64,000 nucleotides of DNA from Octopus vulgaris (Eukaryota), in contig OX597827.1 of NCBI GenBank assembly GCA_951406725.2, forward strand, positions 40,920,001 through 40,984,000, read 5' to 3'. A program made the position numbers and the translations under genes. The notes beneath the pieces were generated by a model. It was not told where the DNA came from, ran no database searches, and saw only the letters and a list, made by a program, of their open reading frames with translations. How positions within the stretch are numbered: position 1 is the stretch's first letter; each line of letters opens with the position of its first letter. Positions 45,901 to 56,000 of this stretch are shown here, one piece after another.

Positions 45901-47742
45901 TCATCAGGTGTCTTGGGGATGAAATTTCAAACCTGGGTTCTCATTCCTAAGGTATTTTTTGATGTTGCTATTACTATTATTATTACTATTATTATTACGA
46001 TTATTATTATTATTATTACTGTTATTATGATTATGATTATTATTATTATTATTATTATTATGATTATGATTACTATTATTATTATTATTACTATTATTAT
46101 TATTATTACTATTATTATTATTATTACTATTATTATTATTATTACTATTATTATTATGATTATTATGATTATTATGATTATGATTATTATGATTATTATT
46201 ATTACTATTATTATTATGATTATGATTATTATTATTATGATTATGATTATTATGATTATGATTATTATTATTATGATTATTATGATTATTATGATTATTA
46301 TTATTATTATTATGATTATGATTATTATGATTATTATTATTATTATTTTTCAGGTGACTGCCTGGAATCGAACTCAGAATCTTGGGGTTAGTAGCCTGTG
46401 CTCTTAACCACTACACCATATGTCTATGGTCTGATCAATAAGTATCCAGACTTTTGCCATAGTAACGAAGCTAAAGCATGCTGAGTGAAGCTGCTTGGCA
46501 CAGATTGACCTTGAACTATGCTGTGCACATGCACTAAGTTTTAACCTTGTAGCTTACTTCCGCTGTCTACAGCAGTGCTTGGAAGTAATATGTGTAGTGT
46601 GTGTTCATCACATTGAACATGGCAGAGAAAGTTGAGCAGAGAATCTGCATCAAATTCTGCCAAAAGCTTGGTGATACCTGTTCAGAGGGTTATGCAAAAT
46701 TTTCAAAAAGTTTTCATCTTTCTCGACACAATTAAGATCTTGTGCAAAAGAAACTCAAGTGTCCTTTTGGTCAGCTGAACTTAGCAGACACTCGTCTCAT
46801 ACCCAAATCTTCAGTGATAATGAACTGAACTGAACTACAACTAATCTGTATACCTCCGATAACTCACTGATGGTAATTCAACGATTCCCCTTCACAGCTG
46901 CACACACATCTGCAATGTTTTTCGTAGTTCTGCTGGTTGCGGGTCTCCCAGATCATTCATCAATATTGACATTTTTTTCTGTCATCTTGGAAACATCTGA
47001 ACCACTCATACGCTTTTGTGCAGCTCATATACTCCTCTCCACACACTTTCTGCAACTTTGTGTAAGCTTCTGAGCAGGTATTGCTGTAACAATTTTCTCT
47101 GTCATGGTCAATGCGATGATAACATGCTACACACCTTCCTTCCAAGCACTGCTGTAAACAGCAAAAGTGAGCTAGAACTTTAAAACTTAGTGCGCATGCA
47201 CAGTAGAATTCAAGGTCAATTTGTGCCAAGCAGCTTCACTCTGCATGCTTTAGCTTCGTTACTATGGCAACAGTCCGGATACTTATTGATCAGACCTTAT
47301 ATACACATCGTGATACGTGAGTGTGTGCAAGTGTGTGTTTGTACTAGTCTAAAACAAACGAAAAAGCAATGACAATGTTTATATTGCGTTCATGTCTCAT
47401 AACTTAGCAGTTATACAAATGGAAATTGATAAGTACCAGACAGAAATAAATGATGGAGTTGACATTAACAACTGAATCCCCGGGCCACAACCAATGCACC
47501 AATTGAAACCAGTAAAAGAATATACACAAAAATCTTCAATTGTTGAAGATGTAAAGCATCTCAAAGAAAATCATGCAATCAGCTTTTCTCAATTCCAAAA
47601 TCTAAAGAATTGAAAATCAAATTTTACTTACTGAAAGTCTGCTTCTGGATGGCTGAAGTTTATCACTGGAAGTGTTCATGGCTTGAGGGTTTGTATCGTC
47701 TGGGCCAGAGACACTGCTTTTTTCTGATGAAATGGTTGTCAT
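15454..47742 (-). CDS. SLC2A1: Class I facilitative glucose transporter-like (SLC2A1/GLUT1-like, MFS sugar porter), 12 coding exons, ~527 aa; span of spliced CDS
   Basis: Exons joined by hand with GT-AG sites and consistent phases (111+96+161+125+171+108+89+99+213+76+128+207=1584 nt). Sugar-porter motifs [21 protein letters not shown], QLSQQxSG, GRRALHL, GPGSIPW, AELF, PETK. The 96- and 161-nt exons equal human SLC2A1 exons 2 and 3. Exact orthology is uncertain, so the symbol means GLUT1-like. Confidence 0.9.
16445..17015 (+). repeat. Interspersed repeat ending in (AAT)n, probably a LINE 3' region (partial copy 35612-35840)
   Basis: Shared GGGCCCCACCTTCAAGGTCATGC...GCATGCACTGCTC.CTCACTCA(AT)n block at two loci. 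Confidence 0.6.
17442..17569 (-). CDS. GLUT-like exon 11 ([14 protein letters not shown]...FPYVE)
   Basis: 128 nt, ttctAG/GTAAG. Confidence 0.94.
19976..20051 (-). CDS. GLUT-like exon 10 (DTYDAMQ...FFSIGPG)
   Basis: 76 nt, cacAG/GTAAG; absent from the ORF track. Confidence 0.9.
21091..21323. mobile_element. Tc1/mariner-type MITE
   Basis: TIR AGGGTTGGCCAAAAGTCACC / GGTGACTTTTGGCCAATCCT; related element 23288-23773. Confidence 0.65.
22171..22350. repeat. Interspersed repeat family with CCATGCTAGCATGGGTTGG / GGATGCCCTTCCTAACGCCAACCAC core (copies ~26090-26260, 27190-27330, 29190-29300, 48850-49060, 56170-56470)
   Basis: Multiple diverged copies, usually next to (CAT)n; probably a SINE or LINE 3' end. 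Confidence 0.6.
22473..22685 (-). CDS. GLUT-like exon 9 (VVYYS...[10 protein letters not shown]...LVLS)
   Basis: 213 nt, cacAG/GTGAGT. Confidence 0.93.
23288..23773. mobile_element. Tc1/mariner-type MITE carrying an internal (TA)n-flanked insertion
   Basis: TIR CAGGGTCGCCCAAAAGTCACA / TGTGACTTTTGGGCCACTCT. Confidence 0.6.
23548..23582 (-). ncRNA. Minimal type I hammerhead ribozyme motif
   Basis: GTTT-CTGACGA-A-GAGC(tcc)GCTC-GAAA-C-GTA-AAAC. Confidence 0.72.
25056..25154 (-). CDS. GLUT-like exon 8 (ISIWELMF...[13 protein letters not shown]7)
   Basis: 99 nt, AG/GTAAGT. Confidence 0.93.
26279..26367 (-). CDS. GLUT-like exon 7 (VLMELRG...ESEPK)
   Basis: 89 nt, tttgcAG/GTATGT, LRG..DV..DI.DMK.E loop motif. 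Confidence 0.9.
26671..27070 (+). mobile_element. tRNA-derived SINE family A (representative; other copies ~18290-18690-, 20430-20757-, 28165-28450+, 33283-33660+, 34330-35448-, 37567-37945+, 39672-40085-, 41867-42260+, 49554-49980+, 55200-55515-, 57545-57972-, 58952-59330+, 60215-60476-, 63594-64000+)
   Basis: A box TGGCTGTGTGG, B box GTTCAGTCC, central (TG/TA)n tract, 3' CCAGCATGGCC..CAGTC-AAAT-GACTG-AAAC and (GAGTAAAA)n-like tail; more than a dozen copies. Confidence 0.88.
27949..28056 (-). CDS. GLUT-like exon 6 (LTFIPAAIQ...CPESPRFLL...RSRE)
   Basis: 108 nt, AG/GT, PESPR motif. Confidence 0.93.
29497..29667 (-). CDS. GLUT-like exon 5 ([15 protein letters not shown]...WPILLG)
   Basis: 171 nt, [25 protein letters not shown] motif. 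Confidence 0.95.
29815..30330. repeat. Degenerate ~16-bp minisatellite (GAGTGGGCACTAT/GTTACAA variants)
   Basis: Recurring GTGGG..CTA(T/C)(G/A)A units. Confidence 0.7.
30576..30700 (-). CDS. GLUT-like exon 4 (KRGIMLN...[13 protein letters not shown])
   Basis: 125 nt, [15 protein letters not shown] motif. Confidence 0.92.
30994..31229 (+). mobile_element. tRNA-derived SINE family B (representative; other copies ~19125-19347-, 27575-27785+, 28612-28830+, 28874-29106+, 31727-31957-, 35840-36020-, 37308-37545+, 49325-49540+)
   Basis: B box GAGTTCAAATTCC, central GGTCGACTTTGCCTTTCATCCTTTCGGGGTC..AAGTACCAG domain; TSD-like ACCAAGTAAAAA(G/T)AACT flanks. Confidence 0.85.
31437..31597 (-). CDS. GLUT-like exon 3 (LVKDFINAT...WADFFGR)
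   Basis: 161 nt, AG/GT, N-glycosylation sequon NAT in loop 1, [16 protein letters not shown] motif; absent from the ORF track. Confidence 0.92.
32191..32410. mobile_element. Mariner-type MITE (copy of 9485-9703)
   Basis: Same TIRs and internal sequence. Confidence 0.7.
32648..32743 (-). CDS. GLUT-like exon 2 (FLTAKLFLS...[10 protein letters not shown]1)
   Basis: tttcAG acceptor, GTAAGT donor, 96 nt. Confidence 0.92.
34573..35268 (+). mobile_element. 3' fragment of a CR1-group LINE nested inside a SINE
   Basis: [49 protein letters not shown]; in-frame TGA at 35036 then WNKLP; (CTAA)n tail. Confidence 0.88.
38908..39171. repeat. Near-perfect long inverted repeat (~120-bp arms, short spacer)
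   Basis: CACATAAGAGGTATCCATCATAGGACTACC...TTTCGAAGGGAATGAAAAA mirrored by TTTTTCATTCCCTTCGAAA...GGTAGTCCTATGATGGATACCTCTTATGTG. Confidence 0.92.
40330..40990 (+). pseudogene. Degenerate RTE-clade LINE fragment
   Basis: [27 protein letters not shown] resembles the pre-RT region of RTE elements; stops and frameshifts. Confidence 0.6.
42385..43637. mobile_element. hAT-type MITE interrupted by a Helitron
   Basis: TIRs CAGTGGTTCCCAACC / GGTTGAGAAACACTG (13/15) with perfect 8-bp TSD CTTTAGCA (42377-42384, 43638-43645). Confidence 0.8.
42550..43548 (-). mobile_element. Non-autonomous Helitron (related family) containing a LINE 3' remnant (~42625-42890)
   Basis: Minus strand A|TCTATATATATAAAA start and GAGCAATGCCGGGCTATACTGCTAG|T end; internal [10 protein letters not shown]-coding fragment ending in (ATT)n. 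Confidence 0.75.
44371..44620. repeat. 41-bp tandem minisatellite, ~6 units
   Basis: Unit CTATATAAAACCTGTTGCTGCTCACCATATATCAATGAGAA. Confidence 0.9.
45780..46424 (-). mobile_element. SINE-like element: tRNA-like head + (AAT)n spacer + hammerhead-containing tail (second copy ~43760-43952)
   Basis: Minus strand A box TGGTGTAGTGG and B box GAGTTCGATTCC (46351-46424), trinucleotide tract 45961-46349, tail shared with 43760-43880. Confidence 0.7.
45867..45912 (-). ncRNA. Minimal type I hammerhead ribozyme motif
   Basis: GACAC-CTGATGA-A-GGCTGG(agggtata)CCAGCC-GAAA-C-GTT-GTGTT. Confidence 0.75.
46425..47299. mobile_element. Degenerate mariner element with transposase remnants and long inverted arms
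   Basis: TIR GGTCTGATCAATAAGTATCC(A/G)GACT; + strand [13 protein letters not shown]; - strand [26 protein letters not shown] (mariner HTH-like). Confidence 0.75.
47632..47742 (-). CDS. GLUT-like coding exon 1 ([10 protein letters not shown]...PSRSRLS)
   Basis: ATG at 47742, 37 open codons, GTAAGT donor, phase 0 matching the next exon; acceptor ttttcatctgttAG just upstream (exon start 47763). No sequence homology supports this N-terminal tail. Confidence 0.65.
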
Positions 47743-49712
47743 GATGAGTTTTTTTTTAGGAGTCTAACAGATGAAAATAAGATATTTTGGTCAATATCTA
47801 ATTAGGTATATTCCTACTGTGGAAGAAACCATTCAGTTTTGATGAATTGGAGTTTGCAAAAAGTCAGTGAAAAGACTTCTGAATTTCAACATTCTTCCGG
47901 TTACAAAAGTATCACTCTGCAATAAAACATAAATATAAATATATAAATAAATAATAGCCATAAATATATAGTAACAGGTCGACTGAAAGGAAGTGGCTTT
48001 CAAGCCTACCAAAATGACAAGAATAAACAGCACAAAAAGAAATCTTGTCAACAAATGAAAACTGCAGACTATAATAAAACAAATACAATGAAAAATTAGT
48101 GGTAGGCAGAAGCTGGTTGACATGTGTCATAACAGGTGTTACTTTAATGCAGTTAAAACAATCTGTTGCTTTAAGACAAATTCAACACCCTTCAGATCTA
48201 ATGAGATTATAAAACCTAGAAAAAAATTAAAAAAGCAGCTCTCAACGACCAAGAGAAATAACATTCTGAAGACTTGTGTAATCCATACCTCAAGCAAAGG
48301 CATGACCGTGTGGTGAAGAAGCTCACTTTCCAACTACATGGTTTCAGGTTCAGTCCCACTGTTTGGCACTATAGCCTTAGGTCAACCAAAGCATTGCAAG
48401 TGGATTTGGTACAGAGAAACCCACTCATTCATCCATCCATATGTACATACATATATTCTTTTTATTTATTTATGCGCCCTTTTCAAGCCTAGCCAGGCTC
48501 ATGGGCCCGGTTTCCCGGTTTCTGTGGCGTATGTGTTCCCCCCAGCTGGACGGAACATCAGTCCATCGCAGTGTTACTCAAGAAACAGGAAGAAAGAGAG
48601 AGAGAAAGTTGGGCGAAAGAGTACAATAGGTCGCCACCATGCCCTGCCGGAGCCTCGTGGAGCTTTAGGTGTTTTCATTCAATAAACACACACAACGCCT
48701 GGTCTGGGAATCGAAACCACAATCCTCTGACTGTGAGTCCACTGCCCTAACCACTGGGCCATTGCACCTCCACACATACATATATACATATATGTATTTA
48801 TATGAATATGTAAGTGCATGTGTGCTTGTGTCTCCTTCTCTTGATATTGCATGATATTTGTAAATAAACATCACCATCACACAAGCAGTATTGTTTGTTT
48901 CCAACCTACCATGAAAAAATGTCCAACCATCAGGAGACATTACCTTACTTGGAAACATGTGAGAGTTGATGACAGGAAGGGCATCTGACCACAGAAAATA
49001 TGCTGCAATAAATTACATCTGGTTCATGCAAGCATGGCAAATTGGATACTACTGATGATGATAACTGTGCAAAGAATGAAAGCTCTCTGGGCAACATTGC
49101 ACAACAATCAGTGATAAATAACTTACTTGAACTGCAGAAACATTGTAGAAACATAAAAAAAGTAATCCTGACTAAAAACAAGGCACCCAACAGAACCAAT
49201 GGCTGAGATACATAATCTTGGAAATGAGACACTTACAGCAAAGCTTCATGCATTGTTTCTGCTAATCTGGATACAAGAAGAGACACCAGCTAACCTCATA
49301 CATACAACCAGTATTACCAACTTCAAAGGTTGGGAGCTGGCTGAATCATTAGTGAATTGGACAAAATGCTTAGAGGCATTTCTTTCAACTCTTTACATTC
49401 TGAGTTCAAATTCTACTGAGGTCGACTTTGCCTTTTATCTTCTTGGGGTCAATAAAATAAGTATCTGTTGAATACTTTGGGGTCAATGTAATCGACTTAC
49501 TCCATTACACCTGTTTTTGTGCCAAAATTTGAAACCATTATTAGCAACTTTAGGTGCAGGAGTGGCTGTGTGGTAAGTAGCTTGCTTGCCAACCACATGG
49601 TTATAGGTTCAGTCCCACTGCGTGGCACCTTGGACAAGTGTCTTCTACTATAGCCTCGGGCCAACCAAAGCCTTGTGAGTGGATTTGGTAGACGGAAACT
49701 GAAAGAAGCCTG

Positions 49713-49776
<64 letters not shown>

Positions 49777-49994
49777 TTGTGTGTCTGTGTTTGTCCCCCT
49801 AACATCGCTTGACAACCGATGCTTGCGTGTTTACGTCCCCGTCACTTAGTGGTTCGGCAAAAGGGACCGATAGAATAAGTACTAGGCTTACAAAGAATAA
49901 GTCTCAGGGTCGATTTGCTCGACTAAAGGTGGTGCTCCAGCATGGCCATAGTCAAACGACTGAAACAAATAAAAAAGTAAACAATGTTTCTGCA

Positions 49995-50300
49995 GTTCTG
50001 TGACAATTACAGAAGAATCTTACTTTTGTTAACTGCTGGAAAAATTCTGACTAAAACCTTGCTCAACCAATTCTTCCAACTATCAGAGACTCACTTACCT
50101 GAATTTCAGTCTGCTTCTCAATTCTTCAGATACACCGATGATAGGGTATTCTGTACTTTCCAGCTATAGGTGAAATGCCATGAACAACACAAATTATTAT
50201 ACGTGGCTTTCTTTGACCTCCTCAAAAATGCATTTGGTTCCATAAAGTGTGAATCACTAGGGCAAGTTCTAACCAAATTTAGTGTTGTCCATAAATATTC
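49995..50300 (+). pseudogene. Degenerate RTE-clade RT fragment
   Basis: CDNYRRILLL.TAGKIL, LPEFQ, KCHEQ...LYVAFFDL.K.AF. Confidence 0.7.
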
Positions 50301-50382
50301 TGCAGGGAAAGACGAAAGATTAAATATGTCAGTCTTCCACAGTAAATCAGTTTGAAATAACAAATAAAATGGTAAAGTAGGG

Positions 50383-50417
<35 letters not shown>

Positions 50418-50948
50418 TCATCCTCATTATTTATTGGCTACTTTTCCAGGCAAGCATGGGTCAGATGGCTGGATGCTCTTCCTGTTGCCAACAACATCGC
50501 TTGTATGATTGTGATGCTCATTTACAACCAGCACAAGATAACAAGACAAGAGCACACACACACAGACTCATCTATTTATGCATACATCTATACAAACACA
50601 CGCACATGTACAGCAAACTTCTTCCCATTTTAGTATACCAAATCCACTCACAAGGCTTTGGCCAACCCAGGGCTATAGAAGACGACACTTACCCAAGGAG
50701 CCACACAGTGGAATTGAACCCAGGACTACAAGCTTAAGAAACAAGCTTCTTACCCACCCAGCCAGATCTGTGACTACATTGTCTTGTCTGTGCCCCCACC
50801 CACGATATCTTGGAGGAATCTTACTTAAGTATTTGTAGAAATAGATTTCCAATATATTTAGATGTTTAACTGTATATGTTATATGTAATTAGATACAACA
50901 ACACAAAAATATACATACACAATATATACAACATAATTATAATTAGTA

Positions 50949-51334
50949 TCTCTCTATATATAAACGGCAGTTTGTCTGTGCGTGTTTCTGTGTGTCTGTT
51001 TTCTCGTACCCTCACCCTGACCACGGCTTTCAACCGATTCTGATGAAACTTGACACACGCATAGCCCAATGTCATAATTCAAAACTAACACAGCGAAAAT
51101 TTTGAAAAGTTCCCCCAGTTCTGAAAAAAATCGATAAATTCGACATGGGGTCGAGAATAAAAAAAAACAAACCACAGATTGTCTAGGGGACGCAACTCAA
51201 CCTTTTTTACTCTCAAAAAACAATTTACCATAATTTTTTTTCAATTTTTTTGCTATTTTTTGGCTATAACTCTCTAAAGATGCTTTATAGTTATTTCCCT
51301 TACAAACCTGAGCAACGCCGGGCGATACTGCTAG
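50949..51334 (+). mobile_element. Non-autonomous Helitron (same family as 2729-3097)
   Basis: Highly similar sequence with the same A|TC...CTAG|T termini. Confidence 0.85.
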
Positions 51335-51835
51335 TATTATATACAAGACAAAACACACATATCTTCATACATATATACATTTACACACACATATATATAT
51401 ACACATTTACACACACATATATATACACATTTACACACACACACACATATATACACACATTTACACACATATATACACACATTTACACACACACATACAT
51501 ATATATATACACATTTACACACATACACACATATATACACATTTACACACATACACACATATATGCATACAGTTGATATATTCATACATACATATGCACA
51601 CATTCACACACACATATATTCATACAATACACATTTATATATATATTCACACACATGCATTTATATTCAAATATATATATATTTTCACACACATATCCAT
51701 ACATACAGACACATTATTCATATAAATATATAGACACACACACTCACGCAAGCACACATATTTACATGTGTGAGTGAGTGTCTATATACAACCCATGCCA
51801 GCATGGAAAACAGACATTAAATGATAATGAGGATA

Positions 51836-51844
51836 TAGACAGAC

Positions 51845-51875
<31 letters not shown>

Positions 51876-51992
51876 TAGACAGATAGACAGACAGATAGAC
51901 AGACAGATAGATAGACAGACAGATAGACAGACAGATAGACAGACAAACAGACAGACAAATAGACAGGCAGGCAGGCAGGCAGACAGACAGAC

Positions 51993-52026
<34 letters not shown>

Positions 52027-52250
52027 GGATGGATGGATGAATGAATGGATGGATGGAGATAAATATAGATAGATAGATAGATATAGATGGATAGATATAG
52101 ATGGATAGATAGATAGATATAGATGGATAGATAGATAGATATAGATGGATAGATATAGATGGATAGATAGACAGATGGATGGATAGAAAGACAGATGGAT
52201 AGATTGATGGATAGATAGATTGATGGATGGATGGATTGTTATATAGATAG
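51836..52250. repeat. (GATA/GACA/GATG)n tetranucleotide array
   Basis: Direct reading. Confidence 0.95.
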
Positions 52251-52544
52251 ATATGCATGTATGCACACACACCACATACTTACAAAACACATACCTTATA
52301 AATTTGTAGCGGGATTTAATACAAACCATATTTGATATAAAAACATAACAGAAGTAAACAAAAGGGGAAGAGAATAGAATAATAATACCTTAGCCTTGGA
52401 TGGAAATACATAAAGCTGGAGACCTGAAGAGAAACACTCCAAGTGATGAACCACTGTGACCCAATGGGTTATGGGGGAGAAAACAAAATCATTATAAAAT
52501 GAAAGCAGAAGGTGTGTGTGTGCATGTGTGCGTGAGAGGGGAGA

Positions 52545-52599
52545 GAGAGAGAGAGTTGAAGATAGAATTTGAGGGATAGGAAGAGTGAAAGTCAGAGGT

Positions 52600-52683
<84 letters not shown>

Positions 52684-53011
52684 TGAGAGGGGGAGAGAGA
52701 GAGTTGAAGATAGAATTTGAGGGATAGGAAGAGTGAAAGTCAGAGGTAGGTAGAGGGAGGATAGAGAGAGAATGTGTGAAAGTGTGTGCGTGTGAAAGAG
52801 GGAGAAGGGGGAGGGAGGGAGAGAGAGAGAGAGAGTTGAAGATAGAATTTGAGGGATAGGAAGAGTGAAAGTCAGAGGTAGAGAGAGGGAGGATAGAGAG
52901 ACAGTGTGAGAGAGCGTGTGTGAAAGAGGGAGAAGAGAGAGAGAGAGAGTCGAAGATAGAAGATAGAATTTGAGGGATAGGAAGAGTGAAAGTCAGAGGT
53001 AGAGAGAGAGG

Positions 53012-53054
<43 letters not shown>

Positions 53055-53090
53055 TAGTTTGAAGGATAGAAAGAGTAACAGTTAGAGGTA
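52545..53090. repeat. Compound repeat: ~50-bp unit GAAGATAGAATTTGAGGGATAGGAAGAGTGAAAGTCAGAGGTAG x4-5 separated by (GA)n/(GT)n
   Basis: Units at ~52558, 52705, 52838, 52958 and a diverged one at ~53050. Confidence 0.8.
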
Positions 53091-56000
53091 GAGAGAGAGA
53101 GAGAAAATGAAAGACAATGAGAAAGGGAGGTTAAAAGAAATAGAGAGACAGAATGAAAGGTAGATAAGGGTGAAAACAAAAAGGAAAGTGAGACAGAGGG
53201 AGAGGGAGAGAGAGAGAGATAGAGAGAGAGAGAAAGAGACAGAAGTAAGGTGAGAGAGAGAATGAAAGAGATAAAGAGAAGGATAGAAATAATGAGAGAT
53301 AGAGAAAGTGGGGGTGTAAAAAGTATATAGATGGGGGAGAAAGACAGATAGAGGGGAGGAGAGATAGTAAGAGAGAAAGGGGAACAGAAAGAGTGAAAGA
53401 GAGAGACAGATGAGAGAGAAAGGGAGAGAGGATTCCAAAACAATATATAAGAATATCTACATTTATAGCTTAACAAATGGCTGTGTGTGTGTGTGTGTGT
53501 GTGCAAGAGAGAGTATGTAAAGGAGGGGAGAGAGTGTGAGACAGAGAGTGTGTATGTGTGAGTGTGGGTGTGTGTGTGCAAGAGCGAATGAGTGTATGTG
53601 TGAAAGGGAGAGAGAGAGTGTATGTGTGAGAGAGAAAGTGAGTGAGTGAGTGTGTGTGTGTGTACATATTCCTGTATGTGCTATTACAAATGTTCAAGTA
53701 TTGCGTGGATAATGGTGGTGGTGGTGATGGTGAAGACTAAAAACACAAGCAACTTGATTTAAGAAATGGGTTTTGTGGAGATTAGTGAGGAGGAGGAGGA
53801 TGCGGAGCAGGACATATTTACCATTCCCTCACCCTTCCACCCTTCCTTCCCTGCCATCCTCACTGCTGCACACTTTCCTCACTCTCACTCTCTCTCTCTG
53901 CTCCTCACCATTCTCTTCCCTGATCCTACTGCCCTCTCCTAAAGAACTAAAAGCACACTTGTTTCTACTTCTCACCCACTTGGTGCTCAAGTCCACACAC
54001 ACACATGCACACACACACACACACACACACACATTTTATTTGAATTGTTAGCACATGTGTGGCTGTGTTGTTAAAGAGTTCATTTCCTAACCGCATGGTT
54101 TTAGGTTCAGTCTCACTGTATGTCACCTTAAGAAGTGTCTTCGGATCTTTACCTTTCACGTAAAAAGCACCATCCGCTCGTGGCCGTTGCCAGCCTCGCC
54201 TGGCCCCTGTGCCAGTGGCACGTAAAAAGCACCATCGGATCATGCATGAGTCAAACGGAATTTGTTGATGCAGATTCTTTTTTACAGCTGCCTGTCTTTC
54301 ATGTCACTGGGTTTTGCAGTAAATCATTAAATCATCCATAACTTTTGTATTATCCTCTCAAATTACACCAAAATCTCGACAATAACAAATAATATCGTAT
54401 TTATTGTCTGCGAAAATTATAGAATATAAAACAACTTTGATAAAAATTTATACCTACTTTTCTGACGGAAACATTGCCGTTCTGAACATTTTGGCTGCAA
54501 ATGTATATATATATATAATAAATCTCAGAGCGAGTTATAAACAGTAGCTATAACACATCGTGACATATATTTGCCATTTAAATATGGCTAACCCCTAAGG
54601 GTGGATGCTACTGTAGTTTGTAGCCCCAGGAGGACACCTCCTCCAGCTGGCTATAGAGACACTTTCTGTGCCCTATCAGTATTTGCAAAGGGAAGCCATC
54701 CTTCCCGTCTTCAACTTATGATATACACGGACTCGAGTTTCTGGGTATTGAGCTGTCATCGGCATGTGACAATCACAGTTGTCGATGAGAAGTAGGTTCC
54801 CTTCACAAATACTTATACCTTTTTCCAAGTAGCATCCACCCATAGGGGTTAGCCATATTTAAATGGCAAATATACATCACGATGTATATATATATTTTTA
54901 TATATAAAATTAATCAAAGGGCATACTTATTTTGTGTAGCTGCGGGAAATAACAGTCAAAGCTCTTATTTAAATTGCCAAAATACACTGAAAATAACTAC
55001 AGGAATCAACCATCCAAAGGCAAATGGGCAAAGACAATCTCCCAACGTACATTTAAGTATTTGGACTCACATGGACTGGCAAAAATAGCCTCAGTTTCCT
55101 CAGCACGTGTTACCATGATAGAGACTCCCAACACGTCGTGTTGAAGTCTGCATGGTGACTGATTTGTTTTACGCCAATATGTATCTGTCTTTTGCTTGCT
55201 TTAGTCACTGGATTGCAACAATACTGGGGCACCAGCTTGAAGGGTTTTAGTCAAATGAATCAACTCCAGTACTTACGTTTTAAGGGCTGGCACTCATTCT
55301 ATCAGTCTCTTTTACCAAACCACTAAGTTACAGGGACATAAACAAACCAAAATATATACGAAAGGCTTCTTTCAGTTTCCATCTACCAAATCCATTCACA
55401 AGGCTTTGGTTGGCCCTATGCTATAGTAGAAAACACTTACCAAGGCACTACGCAGGAGGACTGAACCCAGAACCATGTGTTGAGAAATAAACTTATTACA
55501 ACACAGCCACACCTACTTACAAATATATGTAACTACACACACATACATGCATATCCTCATACATGTACACACAACAAACACACACACACACACACTTGCC
55601 TTTAGAAAGAGTTTTTGAGAAGTTGGTAGAGAAATTGAAAGGTGTTCGTTTTAGAAGCAACCTCTTCACTTTTCTTATCTCTCTCCCTCTCTCTCACTCA
55701 TTACTGTCTCTCTAAATACTCACTCCTCAAAACTCTCCCTCTCTCTCTGACCACTCATTCTTCACCACATCCTCTCTCACACACTCCACTCTAACCACTC
55801 AATTATTACTACTACTACTACTGCTATTACTACTCATTCTCTCTCTCTAGTGATTCATGATATGATACTAATTTCTGACATTGGTACAAGGCTATGGCGG
55901 GTTGTGGAGTCTTACAATATTAAGAACTTTAAAATGACTTTAGAAATACTTGGTCTATTTTCTTCTTTTCTATTTAAATAAAAGAAAATAAAAACAGCAC

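Noticed and set aside
45844-46407. 187-aa Ile/Met-rich ORF
   Set aside because: Translation of an (ATT/ATG)n tract inside a repeat.
52545-53090. Constant ~50-bp repeats with variable spacers (CRISPR-like look)
   Set aside because: Spacers are related (GA)n/(GT)n microsatellites; a compound tandem duplication.
51782-53697. ORFs of 118-329 aa rich in S/L/I/Y/H
   Set aside because: Derived from GATA/GA/GT simple repeats.
54778-54815. Hammerhead-like TCGATGA-GAAG..CTTC-ACAAA
   Set aside because: Both core boxes deviate and no convincing stem I.
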